Source: Squalus acanthias (lineage: Eukaryota). Taken from it: 64,000 nt of DNA. Made by a program: the position numbers and the translations under genes. The stretch covers positions 129,768,001-129,832,000 of the forward strand of contig CM059432.1 in assembly GCA_030390025.1 (NCBI GenBank), read 5' to 3'. The notes under the pieces were generated by a model. The model did not search any database. It was not told where the DNA came from and was given only the letters and a program-made list of their open reading frames with translations. Of this stretch, positions 1 through 11,916 are shown one piece after another (position 1 is the first letter of the stretch; each line of letters starts with the position of its first letter).

Positions 1-400
1 AACCTAACTATGAAATAGCTGTGAAAGAATTCTGGCTATTGAGATAAGACATTTGTTGACCCTGAATAAATAACCTTATTGAAACAGAAGGTGCATGGCT
101 CCGACAGGCTGACCTTTGGGAACAAAAACAATGGTTCACCCTGGATAAGGTGTTCTAATTTAAACTTCGTAAAGATGGCACAAAAGATAAGGAACATCTG
201 TCCTCGTAAAGATGACATAAAGTAAGGAACACCTGCCATCACACCATTTTTATATGGTAAACTTAGAACACCTAGAGATGAGACAAGGTCAGCCTGTCGG
301 AGCCATGCACCTTCTGTTACAATAAGGTTATTTATTCAGGGTCAACAACTGTCTTATCTCAATAGCCAGAATGCTTTCATAGCTATTTCATAATTAGGTT
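1..400. repeat. Long inverted repeat / foldback (arms 1-116 and 285-400; left arm probably continues beyond the window)
   Basis: The reverse complement of 1-116 matches 285-400 with only about 5 mismatches. A second, imperfect inner arm pair lies at ~148-178 and ~244-273. Confidence 0.9.
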
Positions 401-499
401 TCTAAATTTCCAAACCCAGTTTGTCATGTTTTTATAAGGCCAGAATTCTTTCATAAGATAGTGTATTTTTCTGAATAGGTTATATGGCTTATTCCTTCA

Positions 500-820
500 C
501 ACAAGCTCCCACAAAAAGCAGTGTAATAATGACCAGATAATCCGTTTTAGTGATGTTGATTGAGGGATAAATATTGTCCAGGACGCCAGGGATAACTCCC
601 CTGCTCTTCTTCGAAATAGTGCCATGGGCTCTTTTACGTCCACCTGAGAGGGCATCCGAAAGACGGCACCTCCGACAGTGCAGCACTCCCTCAGTACTGC
701 ACTGGAGTGTCAGCCCAGATTTTTCTTTGTGCTCAAGTACTTCTGGAGTGGGAATTGAACCCACAACCCACAACCTTCTGACACAATGGCGAGAGTGCTA
801 CCAACTGAGCCACGGCTGAC
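500..820 (-). mobile_element. tRNA-derived DeuSINE (SacSINE1-like)
   Basis: The minus strand begins GTCAGCCGTGGCTCAGTTGGTAGCACTCTCGCC...GGGTTCAATTCCCACTCCAG (A/B boxes), followed by the Deu-type body GCAGTACTGAGGGAGTGCTGCACTGTCGGAGGTGCCGTCTTTCGGATG. A second copy lies at 37313-37700. Confidence 0.8.
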
Positions 821-842
821 GCTTAAAATGAACAAAGACAGT

Positions 843-2444
843 GGGGGTAATTTTGACTTTTTGTGCAGTAGTGTAATACGGATGATAGCAGCCCGTTTTA
901 CATCTCTCCCGCTTCTTATATCCATTGATTCTGGCATCTATCCGACAACATGGAAAACTGCCCAGGTATGTCCTGTCCACAAAAAGCAGGACAAATCCAA
1001 TCTGGCCAATTACCGCCCCATCAGTCTACTCTCAATCATCAGCAAAGTGATGGAAGGTGTCATCAACAGTGCTATCAAGCGGCACTTACTCACCAATAAC
1101 CTGCTCACTGATGCCCAGTTTGGGTTCCACCAAGACCATTCGGCTCCCGACCTCATTACAGCCTTGGTCCAAACATGGACAAAGGAGCTGAATTCCAGAG
1201 GTGAGGTGAGAGTAACTGCCCTTGACATCAAGGCAGCATTTGACCAAGTGTGGCATCAAGGAGCACTAGTAAAACTGAAGTCAATGGGAATCGGGGGGAA
1301 AACTCTCCACTGGCTGGAGTCGTACCTAGCACAAAGGAAGATGGTTGTGGTGGTTGAAGGTCAATCATCACAGCCCTGGGACATTGCTGCAGGAGATCTT
1401 CAGGGCAGTGTCCTAGGCCCAACCATCTTCAGCTGCTTCATGAATGACCTTCCCTCCAACATAAAGTCAGAAATGGGGATGTTCGCTGATGACTGCACAG
1501 TGTTCAGCGCCATTCACAACTCCTCAGATAATGAAGCAGTCCATGCCCACATGCAACAAGACCTAGATGACTTTCAGGCTTGGGCTGATAAGTGGCAGGT
1601 AACATTCATGCCACAGAAGTTGCCAGGCAATGACTATCTCCAACAAGCGAGAGTCTAACCACCTCCCCTTGACATTCAACGGCATTACCATCGCTGAATC
1701 CCCCACCATCAACATCCTGGGGGTCACCATTGACCAGAAACTTAACTGGACCAGCCACATAAATACTGTGGCTACAAGAGCAGGTCAGAGGCTAGGTATT
1801 CTGCGGCGAGTGTCTCACCTCCTGACTCCCCAAAGCCGTTCCACCATCTACAAGGCACAAGTAAGGAGTGTGATGGAATACTCTCCACTTGCCTGGATGA
1901 GTGCAGCTCCAACAACACTCAAGAAGCTCGACACCATTCAAGACAAAGCAGCCCGCTTGATTGGCACCCCATCCACCACCTTAAACATTCACTCCCTCCA
2001 CCACCGGCATACTGTGGCTGCAGTGTGTACTATCTACAATATGCACTGCAGCAACTCACCAAGGCTTCTTCGGCAGCACCTCCCAAACCCGTGACCTCTT
2101 CCACCTAGAAGGACAAGGGCAGCAGGTGCATGGGAAGACCACTACCTCCAGGTTCCCCTCCAAGTCACACACCATCCTGACTTGGAAGTATATCGCCGTT
2201 CCTTCATCGTCGCTGGGTCAAAATCCTGGAACCCCCTCCCTAACAGCACTGTGGGAGTACCATCACCGCACGGACTGCAGCGGTTCAAGAAGGCGGCTCA
2301 CCATTACTTTCTCAAGGGCATTTAGGGATGGGCAATAAATGCTGGCCTTGCCAGCGACGCCCACATCTCATAAACTAATTTTTAAAAATCCATTGATTCA
2401 CAATCACTCGTTTTACACTATCGCACAAAGTTAATATTAAACCC
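843..2444. mobile_element. Short palindromic Harbinger-type MITE (843-931 and 2388-2444) split by a LINE insertion
   Basis: Ends are GGGGGTAATTTT and AATATTAAACCC, flanked by AGT on both sides (840-842, 2445-2447). Related copies lie at ~12176-12310 and ~40716-40798. Confidence 0.65.
932..2387 (+). mobile_element. 5'-truncated CR1-group (Zenon-like) LINE, RT and C-terminal part, frameshifted
   Basis: RT motifs YRPISLL, ALDIKAAFD, QGSVLGP and FADD, and the 3' tail AATAAATGCTGGCCTTGCCAGCGACGCCCACATC. A 12-bp TSD ATCCATTGATTC lies at 920-931 and 2388-2399. Confidence 0.9.
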
Positions 2445-2522
2445 AGTGATCAGTAGAACATTGGATAAGGACACCATCTTTTGATCCCTGGTATCTGGGC
2501 TCAAATGCAGCAGAAAGGCATT

Positions 2523-2989
2523 GGCCATGAATTTCTGATCGGAGGCTTCCTGCGGGTGGATGCCTCCAATCAGAAAAAAAATCTACGAACTTACCTGACA
2601 TTTAATTAAATATTTTAAACAAAAATGTAATTTTTTGAACAAAATAATTAAATGTTTTTACGGGGCTAAAAATAAACTTACCTTTTTTTAAGAGTATTTT
2701 TAATTTATAAATTAGTGATCAAATTTTATTTTTCTATTTTTTAAAACTCTTATGCTGGTAAAAGCAGGCCTTATGCACGCTTTTACCAGGCGTAAGAATT
2801 TGACAGGCTTTCAGCGGGCGGAAGTTGTGCAAAAAGCGCAACTCTCCACCGCGGAGGCCCTTCTCCTGGGCAGGCGGATGCCAGCTTTCAGCGCATACAC
2901 TTCGCATGCCTCAGCCCGGCACTTGCGCGGCCCCTACGGGCGCGTACACACCTCATACGCAGCCGTGGGGGGGTCGCAAAATTCGGCCC
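2523..2989. mobile_element. Harbinger-type non-autonomous element (internally deleted, inverted relative of 41653-42404)
   Basis: Termini are GGCCATGAATTTC and CAAAATTCGGCCC, with near-TSD ATT/ATC. The AT-rich core and CTGGTAAAAGCAGGCCTTATGC are shared in reverse with 41870-42070. Confidence 0.7.
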
Positions 2990-4412
2990 ATCGATTTAAA
3001 CTCTCCCCTCTCTGCCACATGAAAGAGTCCAAAGAAAGCTGCGTCAATCCAGAGGTGCCAGACCCTGGAAAAGCTGCTATTAGTGGGATATGCCCCCCAT
3101 AGTGTCTGCTGAAACATGCAGTTAAATTTTGTTGCTGGAACTTTGTCTGCCTGAGAAATTTGCAAAGTAGCAACAATGGTCTTTTAGCTGTGGGTGTGAG
3201 GTGAAATGATTAAGCAACAGAAGGATGATCAGTGAGCACTCTGTTCTGTGGTAACGTAGCAGCTGCTGGATAAAATAAAACAAAGGAACAGATTTATTCG
3301 TGACTTTCGTGTTCTAAGCACCCGATATAGAGTCTAAATACATTCCACTTAAAGCATAGAATGGTGTGCGCAGAGGAGTACGAGAGCTGTGAAGCATTTT
3401 GTTTTTGTAATGGTTGGCCTGTTTTTTGATATTGTCTCACACTGATCCAACCTTGAATTTAATTCGTGGTAAAGTGTGTTTTTGGCTTGTAGTTTGAAAT
3501 GAAATTTGACACAGTTTTACTAGGGGTCCGTACCAGCCATGTTCAAGTGATTGGAATAAATCAGGTTTAACTTAAATATATTTCACAATTAACTTGGCCA
3601 AAATGGAAAAAGTGCACCTTCAGCTTTTCTGCCAGGGTTTCATTTACTTTATAACATGAACGTTCATTTACACTTAATCATAAAATGACAGCAAGAGCAG
3701 TGCGACTATATGCTCTTGACAGTCTATTATGTCTTGTCTGTTGACGATGATCCTGGTTCCTGACAGCGGTTGTTCTTCTACAAAGCATTTACCAATTCTG
3801 GTCAAAATACTGCCCTTCGTGTGAAAGATTGACATCATTAATTATAAGCAGCTAGCAGATAAAGTAAACTAGTCCTTTAAAATAACACCCTAGTGTGGAG
3901 TTTCCTGCCTAAAACAACTGAGATTAGTTGTAATAACGCTAGAATCATTCGCAATATTAATAGGGAAATGCTTAATGTGTACATATGTCATTCCTCTATT
4001 TGCTATTTTAATGGGATAGCTATGCAGGCCAAAGTGACCAACAAACAACCTTGAAAAATCTACCCCAGAACATGTGAAGCTGGACACTGTCATTCCCCTG
4101 GTGATGAATAATGATTTAATGCACCAACATATTGTTTCAGGTCTTTTAAAGAAACCTTTGCATGCAACAAAAAAAGATTTAGGTCATCTTCAGATTACAA
4201 ACTTATTCAGTTAATAAAATAAGTCACAATCGCGCAATTGTACTGCCCAAAGATTAGGAAATAGTTTCTGAAATCTCTAATTGATTTTTGTATTATTCTT
4301 TAAAAATAAAAGGGTCACTAATCTAAGCGGGGTAGGATCCTAATCGGGTATTTGTACTTGATAGGTGAATGGCTTTTGCTCATTCCATGCTTTCTGATAT
4401 AATCGATATACT

Positions 4413-7400
4413 GGGAACGGTAGCACAGTGGTTATGTTACTGGACTAGTAATCCAGAGGCCTAGACTAATAATCCGGAGATGTGAGTTCAAATCCCACCA
4501 CGGCAGCTGGGGAATTTAAATTCAGTTAAATATAAAGCTAGTATCAGTAATGGTGACCATGAAACTATCGGATCGTCATAAAAACCCATCTGGTTCACTA
4601 ATGTCCTTTAGGGAAGGAAACCTGCTGTCCTGGTCTGGTCTATATGTGACTCCAAAATCACAGCAATGTGGATGACACTTTACTGCCCTCTGAAATGGCC
4701 TAGCAAGCCACTCAGTTGTAAAAAACTGCAATAAAATAAAACCAGATGGACCACGCGGCACCGGCTACGGACATGACAATGGCATACCCAGCCCAGTTGA
4801 CCCTGCAAAGTCCTCCTCACCAACATCTGGGGGACTTGTGCCAAAATTGGGAGAGCTGTCCCACAGACTAGACAGAATCATATATTTCAGCCAATGTCCC
4901 AAACTCTTCCATCACCATCCCTCTCGGCAGAACAGACCCACCAGGGGTGGTGGCACAGTCGGGAAGGAGTGGCCCTGGGAGTTCTCAATGTTGACACCGG
5001 ACCCCATGAAGTCTCATGGCTTCAGATCAAGCAAGGAAACCTCCTGCTGATTACCACCTACCGCCCTCCCTCAGCTGATGAATCAGTACTCCTCAATGTT
5101 GAACACCACTTGGAAGAAACACTGAGAGTAGCAAGGCCACTGAATTTACTCCAGGTGGGGGTTTCAATGTCCATCACCAAGAGTGGCACCACTGCTGGCC
5201 TGCGAGAGAACCAACACGAGGGGAAAAACCTACTTGTCCTCACCAATCTACCTGTCGCAGATGCATTTGTCCATGACAGCATTCGTAGCAGTGACCACTG
5301 CACAGTCATTGTGGAGACGAAGTCCCATCTTCACACTGAGAACACCCTCCATTGTGTTGTGTGGCACTACCACCGTGCTAAATGGGATAGATTCAGAACA
5401 GATCTAGCAGCTCAAAACTGGGCATCCATGAGGCGCTGTGGGCCATCAGCAGAATTGTATTCCACCACAATCTGTAACCTCATGGCCTGGCATAATCCCT
5501 CACTCTACCATTACCATCAAGCCAGGGGACCAAATCTGGTTCAATAAGGAGTGTAGAAGAGCATGCCAGGAGCAGCACCTAAAAATGCGGTGCCAACCTG
5601 GGGAAGCTGCAACACAGGACTACATGTATGCTAAAAAGCGGAAGCAGCATGCTATAGACAGAGCTAAGTGATCCCACAATCATCAGATCAGATCAAACCT
5701 CTGCAGTCCTGCCACATCCAGTCGTGAATGATGGTGGACCATGAAACAACTAACGGGAGGAGGAGGCTCCATGAATATCCCCATCCTCAATGATGGTGGA
5801 GCCCAGCGCGTGAGTGCAAAAGACAAAGCTGAAGTATTTGCAACCATCTTCATCCAGAAGTGCCGAGTGGATGAGCCATATCGGCCTCCTCCTGAGGTTC
5901 CCCACCACCATAGAAGCCAGTCTTCAGCTAATTCGATCCACTCCACATGACATCAAGAAATGGCTGAGCGCACTGGATACAGCAAAGGCTGTGGTGCTGA
6001 AGACTTGTGCTCCAGAACTATCCACGCCTCTAGCCAAACTGTTCCAGTACAGCTATAACATTGGCATCTATCCGACAATGTGGAAAACTGCGCAGGTATG
6101 TCCTGTCCACAAAAAGCATGACAAATCCAATCCGGCCAATTACCGCCCCATCAGTCTACTCTCAATCATCAACAAAGTGATGGAAGGTGTCATCAACAGT
6201 GCTATCAAGCAGCACTTACTAACCAATAACCTGCTCATTGATGCCTAGTTTGGGTGCTGCCAAGACCACTCAGCTCCAGACCTCATTACAGCCTTGGTTC
6301 AAGCATGGACAAAAGAGCTGAATTCCAGAGGTGAGGTGAGAGTGACTGCCCTTGACATCAAAGCAGTATTTGACCAAGTGTGGCATCAAGGAGCCCTAGT
6401 AAAACTGAAGTCAATGGGAATCGGGGGGGAACTCTCCACTGGCTGGAGTCATACCTAACACAAAGGAAGATGGTTGTGGTGGTTGCAGGTCAATCATCAC
6501 AGCCCCAGGACATCGCTGCAGGAGTTCCTCAGGCCAGTGTCCTAGGCCCAACCATCTTCAGCTGCTTCATCAATGACCTTCCCTCCATCAGACGTGGGGA
6601 TGTTCGCTGATGACTGCACAGTGTTCAGTGCCATTTGCAACTCCTCAGATAATGAAGCAGTCCATGCCCGCATGCAGGAAGACCTGGACGACATTCAGAC
6701 TTGGGCTGATAAGTGGCAGGTAACATTCGCGCTACACAATTGCCAGGCAATGACTACCTCCAACAAGCGAGCGTCTAATCACTGCCCCTTGACATTCAAT
6801 GGCATTACCATCGCCGAATCCCCCAACATCAATATCCTGGGGGTCACCATTGACTAGAAACTTAACTGGACCAGCCACATAAATACTGTGGCTACAAGAG
6901 CAGGTCAGAGGCTGGGTATTCTGCGGCGAGTGTCTCACCTCCTGATTCCCCAAAGCCTTTCCACCATCTACAGGGCACAAGTCAGGAGTGTGATGGAATA
7001 CTCTCCACTTGCCTGGATGAGTGCAGCTCCAACAACACTCAAGAAGCTCGACACCATTCAAGACAAAGCAGCCCGCTTGATTGGCACCCCATCCACCACC
7101 TTAAACATTCACTCCCTCCACCACCGGCGTACTGTGGCTGCAGTGTGTACTATCTACAATATGCACTGCAACAACTCACCAAGGCTTCTTCGGCAGCACC
7201 TCCCAAACCCGTGACCTCTTCCACCTAGAAGGACAAGGGCAGCAGGTGCATGGGAACACCACCAGCTCCAGGTTCCCCTCCAAGTCATGCACCATCCTGA
7301 CTTGAAAGTATATCGCCATTCCTTCATCGTCGCTGGGTCAAAATCCTGGAACTCCCTCCCCAACAGCACTGTGGGAGTACCTTCACCACGTGGACTGCAG

Positions 7401-7509
7401 CGGTTCAAGAAGGCGGCCATCCACCACCTCCTCAAGGGCAATTAGGGATGGGCAATAAATGCTGGCCTTGCCAGCGAGGCCCACATCCCATGAATTAATA
7501 AAACAAAAA
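4413..7509 (+). mobile_element. Near full-length, decayed Zenon-like LINE with a tRNA/SINE-derived 5' head and a single EN-RT coding region
   Basis: The 5' ~390 bp is SINE-like. Next come APE endonuclease motifs (NIWG.VPKLGEL, TYRPP, SDH), RT motifs (YRPISLL, FADD) and the family 3' tail. There are multiple frameshifts, stops and small deletions. Confidence 0.88.
4421..4494 (+). promoter_or_regulatory. RNA Pol III type 2 internal promoter (A box 4421-4431, B box 4486-4494) at the LINE 5' end
   Basis: TAGCACAGTGG fits TRGCNNARYGG and GTTCAAATC fits GTTCRANNC. The same boxes occur on the minus strand at 19300-19310 and 19237-19245. Confidence 0.75.
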
Positions 7510-8629
7510 CTAGATGGTACATGTCCACTTTGAATTGAGCTTTAACACATCCAAATGTTTTCCTCTGATAATGTCTTCAACCTATTTAATATTTTTGAAA
7601 CTAAGCTGTTTGAATATACTGTACAAATATTTTATTCTTAACTATGATAGAGAGATACTTTAAAATTTGCAATATATCATATTCGTTAAAAGCCTCACAT
7701 GATTACATTATCTGCAGCATAATCTTAATGGAAATTTCCAAATACAGCGTCACTGGAAATTGAATTCCATACAAATGTATTTAATTGCCATAAGGAAGTC
7801 ACATTCTATACATTTACATCAAGGACAATAGACCCAGAGAATAAAAAAGCACAGGTCAGATGTGAAACCGGTGTCGGTAGACCCAATTCACACTCTGCTG
7901 TTCTCTTGTTGCTATAACACGTTAACAACTCATTTGCTTTGAGGAAAGGAGGGACTGGATGCAGGAGCGATGAAATGAAAAGTCAGTTTATTAAAGAAGT
8001 ATTTAATGAGCCAGTAATATTTTGAATTGCAAATATTTTGAATAGTTAACAACTACGAAAATCCTTTCAAATAACTGACTGGATTATCCATAGGTATAAC
8101 ATCTAAATAAAGTGGCATGTTAGAATAGTCAAAGCTGCCTCAACAATTGCAATGGCCTGGGTTTTGGTAAATTCAATGGAGCTCTGAATAGGGACATTCC
8201 TGAGCTGTGTGCAGAAAGGTCGTTGCTTTCACACCATTGTAGTGGCCGGAGACCCAACTCTGCGTTGCTCACTCCAACAAAGCCTGCTTCTGTGATATGA
8301 TGCAAGGTACTCATGTCTTGTATATCTGGCCTAACCCAATGATCTCCCATACCTTGGATATTGATGGGCCTCCCAAGCACACCATACAGAATATCTCCCC
8401 TGCGCATCGTACAGAGGACCTCTCCTCCATGCCATACAGTGAACCTCTCGTCCACACCATGTATGTGAGAAGAGAATAGTGTATAGTGTGTGGTGTGAAG
8501 AGAGGAAAGGAAAAGGGAGAGAGGTGTTTCAGTGTGCCGTGATGATTGTATGTTGAAGGGTGCGATGGAAGGGAGGTTATAGTTGAGCAATGAGGGTTAA
8601 GGATTGTGAGCAGAGCTGTGAGATCTGGA

Positions 8630-8902
8630 GAAACTAGAGAAACTGGGGTTGGTCTCCTTCAAGCAGAGAAGGTTAAGAGGAGATTTGATAGACATGTTCA
8701 AAATCATGAAGGGTTTTGATAGAGTAAATAAGGAGAAACAGTTTCCAATGGCTGAAGACTCAGTAACCACAGGACACAGATTTAAGGTGATTGGCAAAAG
8801 AACCAGAGGCGACATGAGGAAACATTTTTTTACACAGCGAGTTGTTGTGATCTGGAATGCACTGCCTGAAAGGGTAGTGAGAGCAGATTCAATAGTAACA
8901 TT
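8630..8902 (+). mobile_element. Classical CR1 LINE 3' fragment
   Basis: Translation contains RRLRGDLIDMFKIMKG...FFTQRVVVIWNALP, the CR1 ORF2 C-terminus. Confidence 0.8.
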
Positions 8903-11523
8903 CAACAAAACAACAACAACAACTTGTATTTATATAGCGCCTTTAACGTAGTAAAATTTCCCAAGGCGTTTCACAGGAGCGTTATCAAACAAAATTTAAC
9001 ACCGAACCACATAAGGAGATATTAGGGCAGGTGACTAAAAACTTGGTCAAAGAGGGAGGTTTTAAGGAGCATCTTAAAGGAGGAAAGAGAGGTAGAGCGG
9101 CGGAAAGGTTTAGGGAGGGAATTCCAGAGCTTAGGGCCTCGACAGCCGAAGGCACGGCCACCAATGGTGGAGCAATTAAAATCAGGGATGCGCAAGAGGA
9201 TAGAATTGGAGGCGTGCAGCTATCTCGAAGAGTTGTAGGGCTGGAGGTGGTTACAGAGATAGGGAGGGGTGAGGCCATGGAGGGATCTGAAATTAAGGAT
9301 CAGTACTTTAAAATTGAGGCATCGCTTAACCAGGAGCCAATGTAGGTCAGTGAGCACAGAGGTGATGGGTGAACGGGAGTTAGTGCGAGTTAGGATATGG
9401 GCAGCAGAGTCTTGGATGAGCTTATGTTTATGGAGGGTGGAAGGTGGGAGGCCAGCCAGCAGATCATTGGAATAGCCAAGTCTAGAGGTAACAAAGGCAT
9501 GAATGAGGGTTTGTCTCTAAGATTGAGACCATCCGTTAGCTGCCTCTGCTACTTCCCTTCCTTCCCCTAGCCCTCCGGGCCAAACTTCCTCTAAGGTTCC
9601 CCCCCTGCCCTAGCCCTGAACTCGCATCTTTCTCCAGTTTCTCTCCGACCTCCCCTCATGATCTCTCCACGCTCATCTTCTCCATGAGACCCACTTCCTG
9701 CTCCCTCGACCCTATTCCCACCAAACTGCTGACCACCCGACTTCCTTTTCTGGCTCCCATGTTAGCTGACATTGTTAACGGTTCTCTCTCCTCAGGTACT
9801 GTCCCCCTCTCCCTCAAATCTGCTGTCATCACCCCTCTCCTCAAAAAACCAACCCTTGATCCCTCTGTCCTTACAAACTACCGCCCCTATCTCCAACCTT
9901 CCTTTCCTCTCCAAAGTTCTTGAACGTGTTGTCCCCTCCCAAATCTGTGCCCATCTTTCCCGCAACTCCATGTTTGAATCCCTCCAATCAGGTTACCGCC
10001 CCTGCCATAGTACCGAAACGGCTCTTATTAAAGTCACAAATGACATCCTTTGTGACCGTGACAAAGGTAAACTATCCCTCCTCATCCTTTTTGACTTGTC
10101 TGCAGCCTTTGACACTCCATCCTTCTCCAACACCTCTCCACTGTCGTCCATCTGGGTGGGACTGCACTCACCTGGTTCCATTCTTATCTATCTAATCGTA
10201 GCCAGGGAATCACCTGCAACGGCTTCTCTTCCCGCTCCCGCATCGTTACCTCTGGTGTCCCCCAAGGATCTATCCTTGGCCCCCTCCTATTTCTTATCTA
10301 CATGTTGCCCCTTGGCGACATCATCTGAAAACACTGCGTCAGTTTCCACATGTACGCTGACAACACCCAGCTCTACCTCACCACCACTTCTCTCAACCTC
10401 TCCACGGTCTCTAAATTGGCAGACTGCTTGTCCGACGTCCAGTTCTGGATGAGCAGAAATTTTCTCCAGTTAAATATTGGGAAGACCAAACCATTGTTTT
10501 TGGTCCCCGCCACAAACTCCGTTCCCTAGCCACTGACTCCATCCCTCTCCCTAACATCTGTCTGAGGCTCAACCAGACTGTTCGCAACCTTGGTGTCATA
10601 TTTGACCCTGAAATGAGCTTCCGACCACATATCCGCAGCATAACTAAGACCGCCGATTTCCACCTCCGTAACATCGCCCGTCTCCGCCCTTGCCTCAGCT
10701 CATCCGCTGCTGAAACCCTTATCAATGCCTTTGTTACCTCTAGACTTGACTATTCCAATGCACTCCTGGCTGACCAAACACATTCTACCCTACGTAAACT
10801 TGAGGTCATCCAAAACTCTGCTGCCCGTGTCCTAACTCGCATCAAGTCCCATTCGCCTATCACCCCTGTGCTCGCTGACCTACATTGGCTCCCAGTTAAG
10901 CAATGCCTCGATTTAAAAATTCTCATCCTTGTTTTCAAATCCCTCCATGGCCTCGCCCCTCCCTATCTCTGTAATCTTTTCCAGCCCCACAACCCCCCGA
11001 GATATCTGTGCTCCTCTAATTCTGCCCTCTTAAGCATCCCTGATTATAATCACTCAACCATTGGTGGCCGTGCCTTCTGTTGCCTGGGCCCTAAGCTCTG
11101 GAATTCCCTCCCTAAACCTCTCCGCCTCTCTACCTCTCTTTCCTCCTTTAAGATGCTCCTTAAAACCTACCTCTTTGGCCAAGCTTTTTGTCACCTGCCC
11201 TAATTTCTCCTTATGTGGCTCGGTGTCAAATTTTTTTGTCTTATAATACTCCTGTGAAGCGCCTTGGGACGTTTTACTACGTTAAAGGCGCTATATAAAT
11301 CCAAGTTGTAGTTGTTCAGCAGCAGATGAGCTGAGGCAAGGGCGGATTCGGACAATGTTACAGAGGTGGAAATAGGCGGCTTTAGTGATAGCTCGGATAT
11401 GTGGTCAGAAGCTCATCTCGGGCTCAAACAGGACAACAAGGTTGCAAAAAGTCTGGTTAACCATCAGACAGTTGTCAGGGAGAGGAATGGAGTTGGTGGC
11501 TGGGGAACGGAGTTTGTGGCGGT
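8903..11523 (-). mobile_element. L2 LINE 3' part (8903-9512 and 11317-11523) interrupted by an antisense L2
   Basis: (CAA)n tail and reverse complement of the L2 3' end. The two pieces join as GAATGAGGGTTT|CAGCAGCAGATGAG. Confidence 0.8.
9513..11316 (+). mobile_element. 5'-truncated L2 LINE (RT region, frameshifted)
   Basis: Motifs [24 protein letters not shown] and SRLDYSN...LHWLP; ends GCTATATAAATCCAAGTTGTAGTTGTT. Confidence 0.88.
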
Positions 11524-11916
11524 GGGTTTGTGCAAGAGTGCTAAGAAATGTAATGGTATAGACCTGCTTTTTTGTAGTTTTTTTTTTAGAAAATTCTGAT
11601 TGAAGGAGAGCAATATTGACACTGCTCTGGTATGTTGCTATGCTATGTTGCTATGCTATGTTGCCAGGCTTTTTCGTAGTCTTGAGAAACAACGATAGTA
11701 AGTTTTGCAAGGCTCCAACAATTCAGCATGGAGAATCACAATGGTAGATTTTGCGAGGCACAGAGAATTAAGCATCAAAAGGGTTCCTGATTTTCTAGCG
11801 ATTAAAGTCACTGAAAAATTGGGAATGTTGTGAATCAAGTGCAGAAGCTTCTAGACCCATTTCTCTGTCCCTTGCTCCTGAGGTTCCTCGCCCAAGAGTG
11901 GAGCCTTGCCAAAGTT

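Noticed and set aside
786..1658. 290-aa RT gene with a novel N-terminus
   Set aside because: Chance fusion of antisense SINE, MITE and truncated LINE sequence; the TSD marks the LINE boundary at ~932.
4413..4505. Genuine tRNA gene (also 740-820, 19225-19318, 28870-28942)
   Set aside because: A/B boxes are present, but each runs into a SINE/LINE body and I could not build a canonical cloverleaf.
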